The translations under genes were made by a program, and so were the position numbers. 64,000 nt of DNA from Lineus longissimus (taxonomy: Eukaryota), in NCBI RefSeq assembly GCF_910592395.1, contig NC_088309.1, forward strand, positions 22,705,923 to 22,769,922, written 5' to 3'. Positions 60,338 to 64,000 of this stretch are shown here, one piece after another; within the stretch, counting starts at the first letter, position 1, and every line of letters begins with the position of its first letter. Below the pieces are notes generated by a model. It worked only from the letters and a program-made list of their open reading frames with translations, was not told the origin of the DNA and did not search any database.

Positions 60338-60508
60338 TCGTCGAGAAAAGCTGAAGCGTCTCCATACGGTGCATCGCTGATATATAGATGAATGGAGATG
60401 TTTGGTTTCAGGACAAGTTTAAAGCTGCCGGGTTTCTGATTGAACAAACTCGCTGACTTGCAAGCAGGTGGGCTCTCATAATACTCCTTGATCTTACGGT
60501 GGAAGTAT
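60338..60508 (-). CDS. ADAR-family exon 7 (RYFHRKIKEYYESPPACKSASLFNQKPGSFKLVLKPNISIHLYISDAPYGDASAFLD-). PYG replaces the conserved zinc-ligand PCG.
   Basis: Matches ADAR2 RFLYTQLELY...[24 protein letters not shown]. The codon TAT (Tyr) sits where Cys is expected, read on both strands. Acceptor gcttgcag| and donor GA|gtgagt. Confidence 0.8.
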
Positions 60509-60850
60509 CTGCAAGCAAATGTAACACTCAAATTGCAGGAAGGTTTTGAGAATGGAGACAAGACAATCCATGAACATAACACTCAAATTGCAGGAAGGTT
60601 TTGAGAATGGAGACAAGACAATCCATGAACATAACACTCAAATTGCAGGAAGGTTTTGAGAATGGAGACAAGACAATCCATGAACACAACACTCAAATTG
60701 CAGGAAGGTTTTGAGAATGGAGGCAAGACAATCCATGAACATAACACTCAAATTGCAGGAAGGTTTTGAGAATGGAGGCAAGACAATCCATGAACACAAC
60801 ACTCAAATTGCAGGAAGGTTTTGAGAATGGAGGCAAGACAATCCATGAAC
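60509..60850. repeat. ~60-bp tandem repeat, ~6 copies of aacactcaaattgcaggaaggttttgagaatggagacaagacaatccatgaacat. It abuts the acceptor of ADAR-family exon 7.
   Basis: Read directly. The last copy overlaps the intron 3' end (...tgtaacactcaaattgcagga), immediately adjacent to the exon start. Confidence 0.8.
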
Positions 60851-61021
60851 ACAACACAGAGAAGAGAAGATTATCTCATCAGTGTGTGACCCCTTCTTTC
60901 AATCGGGGTCTCCATCAATGCAAGCATACTCAAGCACTAGAAACTGAGAACAATGATATGCTGAGCTAACACCGATACCAACTAAAACAGCCATGAACTT
61001 GCCCACAATAAAGCTTCATAC

Positions 61022-61154
61022 CTTAGGAGTCCTCTCCTGGCAACAACCTCTGCATGACCATCTGTCAGACTTCTACCATCCGCACCCAGCCTGCCAGCAA
61101 ATAGACTTGAGCACCCCGTACCTAACGAGACAACATGGCCTCCATCTTTGTCAC
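61022..61154 (-). CDS. ADAR-family exon 6 (SDKDGGHVVSLGTGCSSLFAGRLGADGRSLTDGHAEVVARRGLL-), containing an intact HAE motif.
   Basis: Matches ADAR2 [37 protein letters not shown]. Acceptor ccattaag| and donor AG|gtatga. Confidence 0.8.
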
Positions 61155-61381
61155 CTTAATGGAAAAATCAAGATACTGAATTAAAGCGCAAGGGTTTTTA
61201 TAGATTTTAAACACATCACCATGACGAAACACTGCAAGCAATGTCTCCACAAAAGAAATTGACATGGCTAAGGGAGCAAGTCAACATTTTAAAGGGCTAT
61301 ATGTAAAGCTGTCCATTCCACAAAACTTGGACTTTTGGACTTACTGCCTTCTGTGTTTTCATGGCAGTATAGTGAACTTAC

Positions 61382-61523
61382 TCAGTTTCAACACAAATGC
61401 TGCCATAATTTTTCCACCCCAGAAATGGTTGGGACACTTTTTCAGAAGTTTTATATGTGTTTTGTGGCACATCAAAGCAATACTGTCGTGAAAGGTGACC
61501 TCCTCATCATCTCCAAATTGAAT
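61382..61523 (-). CDS. ADAR-family exon 5, start of the deaminase domain (IQFGDDEEVTFHDSIALMCHKTHIKLLKKCPNHFWGGKIMAAFVLKL-).
   Basis: Aligns with ADAR2 ...ADAVSRLVLGKFGDLTDNFSSPHARRKVLAGVVMTTG. Acceptor ttccttccag| and donor A|gtaagt. Confidence 0.75.
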
Positions 61524-61679
61524 CTGGAAGGAAAAATAAATAACTATGTCATTCCATCATAGTTGAAAGAAAATGAAAGAGATGTTATGTTCTAATCGGG
61601 ATCCATTTTTTAAATGTTACTTTGCTGCAGCAAATACCTGATGAAATACAGCTGCTGATACAAAAGCGCATATTCTCAC

Positions 61680-61806
61680 CTGGCCAGTTTGTAGTACAAC
61701 CAATGCTTGGCTGCAAGCAAGTTTCTTTGCATCTTTCTTGCTCTTACCGACACCAGACGCAATGGGTTTCTCTCTGATGATAATGGCAGCTGTGTACTGA
61801 GGCCTC
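61680..61806 (-). CDS. ADAR-family exon 4: C-terminal half of dsRBD2 (RPQYTAAIIIREKPIASGVGKSKKDAKKLACSQALVVLQTGQ).
   Basis: GxG.SKKDAK..A...AL dsRBM C-terminal motif. Acceptor ctcttgtag| and donor CAG|gtgaga. Confidence 0.85.
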
Positions 61807-62171
61807 CTACAAGAGGAATACAAATTTGGTTAGTCAGTTACCTGGATTCAATGAGATTATAGTCGTCAGATGTAATTTTTACATTGTTTTGTGCATTGCC
61901 GACTTCATTTGGAACCGTCAGTCTAGGAATAATAGATTTCAGAGCTCCTGTTGTAAGGAAAAATCTAAGAAAATACCAAAAAAAATCCCTTTAACTATGT
62001 GGCGGATGTTCTCATGTTCTTTTTTTCAAGCTCCAATGCTGACATGTACTGGTTCAGTGGAATTTTTGTTTTAATTCAGTTGGTGAATGGTGACAGTTGG
62101 CACTGGCCCTGAATTTGTTTCTCCAAGTTTCATGCAAACTGAGTCACTGAATGTTTCAGAACCATACTTAC

Positions 62172-62388
62172 TTATTTTCATCCCAACCATCATTTACTGT
62201 CAGAATATATGGCAAGTGGATCTTCTGACAATATTCCGATAACTTGCTGACAGGATTTGCCAACATTTCCATGGGAAGCGTCGCCAAATTCTGAGCTGTT
62301 ACTGGAGGTGGTAGAGGCCCAGTTATCGGAGTCTTTGAATCTAGTTGAACACACCGACCAAATGAATCGTATATCATAGTGTCACTCT
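62172..62388 (-). CDS. ADAR-family exon 3: N-terminal half of dsRBD2 (...NPVSKLSEYCQKIHLPYILTVNDGWDENK).
   Basis: Acceptor tatcacag| and donor AA|gtaagt (phase 2). Confidence 0.8.
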
Positions 62389-62739
62389 CTGTGATAAAGA
62401 CAACCCAAAGATATTAAACAAATAAGATGAGTCTAGAGTCTGCTTCTCAACAATATGACAAAGAAACCAATTTGTGGGAAGTTTTTAAGTTTGATATCAT
62501 GTAAATCAGAAGCAATTTATTACTTGGGATAAGATTCATACATCAGTTACATCTAGTTGGCTGCTGCCTTTTGTAAGCAAGCTATCAAGAGAAGACTGTC
62601 GCATTCAACCATCACTAGAAAGACATTAACATTACTGTGATTACAGGCAGGCTATATTTCTGACCAACAGAATTAGCTAGGGATGGGGAATTGCTCTTGG
62701 TATTGAAAGAAAGTTCAACGAAAAACCAATCAGACTTAC

Positions 62740-63087
62740 CCCCTTCATCTATATCATCATCTTCAATGCCCAAAATGGCTGTGAAAGCCAACTTTGCTGC
62801 CTCAGTCTTGGCATCTTTCTTAGTAGGACCAGTGCCCTGAGGGTATGAGACACCATTCACTGTACAAACGCTAGCAAACTTGGCTTTAAATGAGGGCCTC
62901 TCCACACAGACTTCACGAAACGATGTTTCTGCTCTCACCATGGACGAATATTCCATGATTGCACTGACTGGGTGCTTGGCTCCATTGAGAAATGCTTTAA
63001 TGAGCTCTGGTGGCACTTTCTTTGGGGTATTTCCCTTCTCAATCAAGCCTGGTGGCGGTTCCATTTCCACAGGACGTGGGGTAAGAC
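62740..63087 (-). CDS. ADAR-family exon 2: complete dsRBD1 (PVSAIMEYSSMVRAETSFREVCVERPSFKAKFASVCTVNGVSYPQGTGPTKKDAKTEAAKLAFTAIL).
   Basis: dsRBM consensus (PVS.L.EY...GP.H...F.....V.G..Y..G.G.SKK.AK..AA..AL..L). Acceptor ccccatag| and donor G|gtaagt. Confidence 0.85.
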
Positions 63088-63340
63088 CTATGGGGAATAG
63101 GAGGTTAAGAAATATTACAGCTTTGAACCCCCAATTCAATATACTGACATGAACAATGTAAATATTAAAGCTTAGACAAAACTACATCTTGAGGCAAGGT
63201 AATTTGTCCACTAGGCCCAACTCATCTAATTACCCATCTCTATAACACTACAGAGTAAGTAAGTAATTACCTAAACTTTACTGATTCTTTATAATGATGC
63301 CCGATGTCAACAAGAAAGTACGGGTAGTTTAACTAAGTAC

Positions 63341-63737
63341 CTGGAATATATTTTTGTTCGGCTCTCCTTCTCTCCGCCTCCCTCTTAGCATCTCTATGTT
63401 CCTTGAAAGGCACCTGTGCCTGTCGTACAGCAGTAGCCAAAGGATCAGTATCATGTCTCCGCAGACCCTCAGTCCTGGCAGCCAAGGCATACTGGAACGC
63501 CATGTTTGACTGCTTGGGCTGGGCTGGCTCTGGTGTTGTCTGAGCTGATCTTTGCTCCAAGATTGGAAATTGCCGATATTGTGGTCCAGCTTCTGCAACT
63601 GGGTCTTCTCGTGCCTGTCCCCTTCCTCTTCCACGACCAACGGCTGTCAAAACTTTCGGTTGCGACTGAGGCAAGCGGATCCCACTGCTTTCATTGGTGT
63701 ACTGGTAAACGTCTTCTTTACCAAAACCTCCCGACAT
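63341..63737 (-). CDS. ADAR-family (adenosine deaminase domain / dsRBD) protein, exon 1. The N-terminus has an RG repeat (MSGGFGKEDVYQYTNESSGIRLPQSQPKVLTAVGRGRGRGQ...).
   Basis: ORF 63333..63737(-). Donor CCA G|gtactt (phase 1) joins in frame to the dsRBD exon. Confidence 0.75.
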
Positions 63738-64000
63738 TTTCAGATCTCTTCACCTTAGACCTAGGAGTAGGACAAACAATACCAGAGCATAAATATTCCG
63801 ATTCGATCGCTGCAGGCTTAGGCTATTTGTTATCAACGAGATTTTTGGTTGTTGCATATTTTTATTTTTTGTGGCCACTTTGAAAGAACACTTCGGCTTT
63901 GCCGCAATATCTGCACGTTGTCGTTGCAAGTAGTGTGCAGACCGAGACCGGGGACGAGAGGGGAAACAGGAAAATTCAAATTGTGTATGACGATTTCACG

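Overview
This is a eukaryotic (metazoan) nuclear segment, not prokaryotic. The genes are split by GT-AG introns, plus one GC-AG intron, and the sequence is AT-rich with scattered CpG-rich islands. Reading the six-frame track against known protein families gives seven protein-coding genes. (1) A multi-exon gene on the minus strand (315-8711, continuing beyond the window start) with one sushi/CCP domain per phase-1 exon and unusual Gly-Asp-Tyr repeat inserts. (2) RPLP2, the 60S acidic ribosomal protein P2, minus strand, 3 coding exons. (3) MED21, plus strand, 4 exons, head-to-head with RPLP2. (4) A single-exon 1,462-aa multi-C2H2 zinc-finger gene on the minus strand (19273-23661). (5) TRAF4, minus strand, 7 exons from 53499 down to 35186, with a ~13 kb first intron. 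(6) CDIPT, phosphatidylinositol synthase, plus strand, 7 exons, head-to-head with TRAF4. (7) An ADAR-family gene on the minus strand (58700-63737, 11 exons) with two dsRBDs and a deaminase domain in which both zinc-ligand cysteines are substituted, so it is predicted catalytically inactive (ADAD/TENR-like). The non-coding space holds several repeat classes: a foldback-like inverted-repeat element, a ~3.2 kb complex tandem array with a 1.13 kb unit, two MITE-like palindromic insertions, a dispersed ~150 bp repeat family (3 copies), minisatellites and microsatellites. All coordinates were derived by hand from the printed sequence. Exon boundaries should be treated as accurate to within a few nt until checked by RNA-seq or protein alignment.
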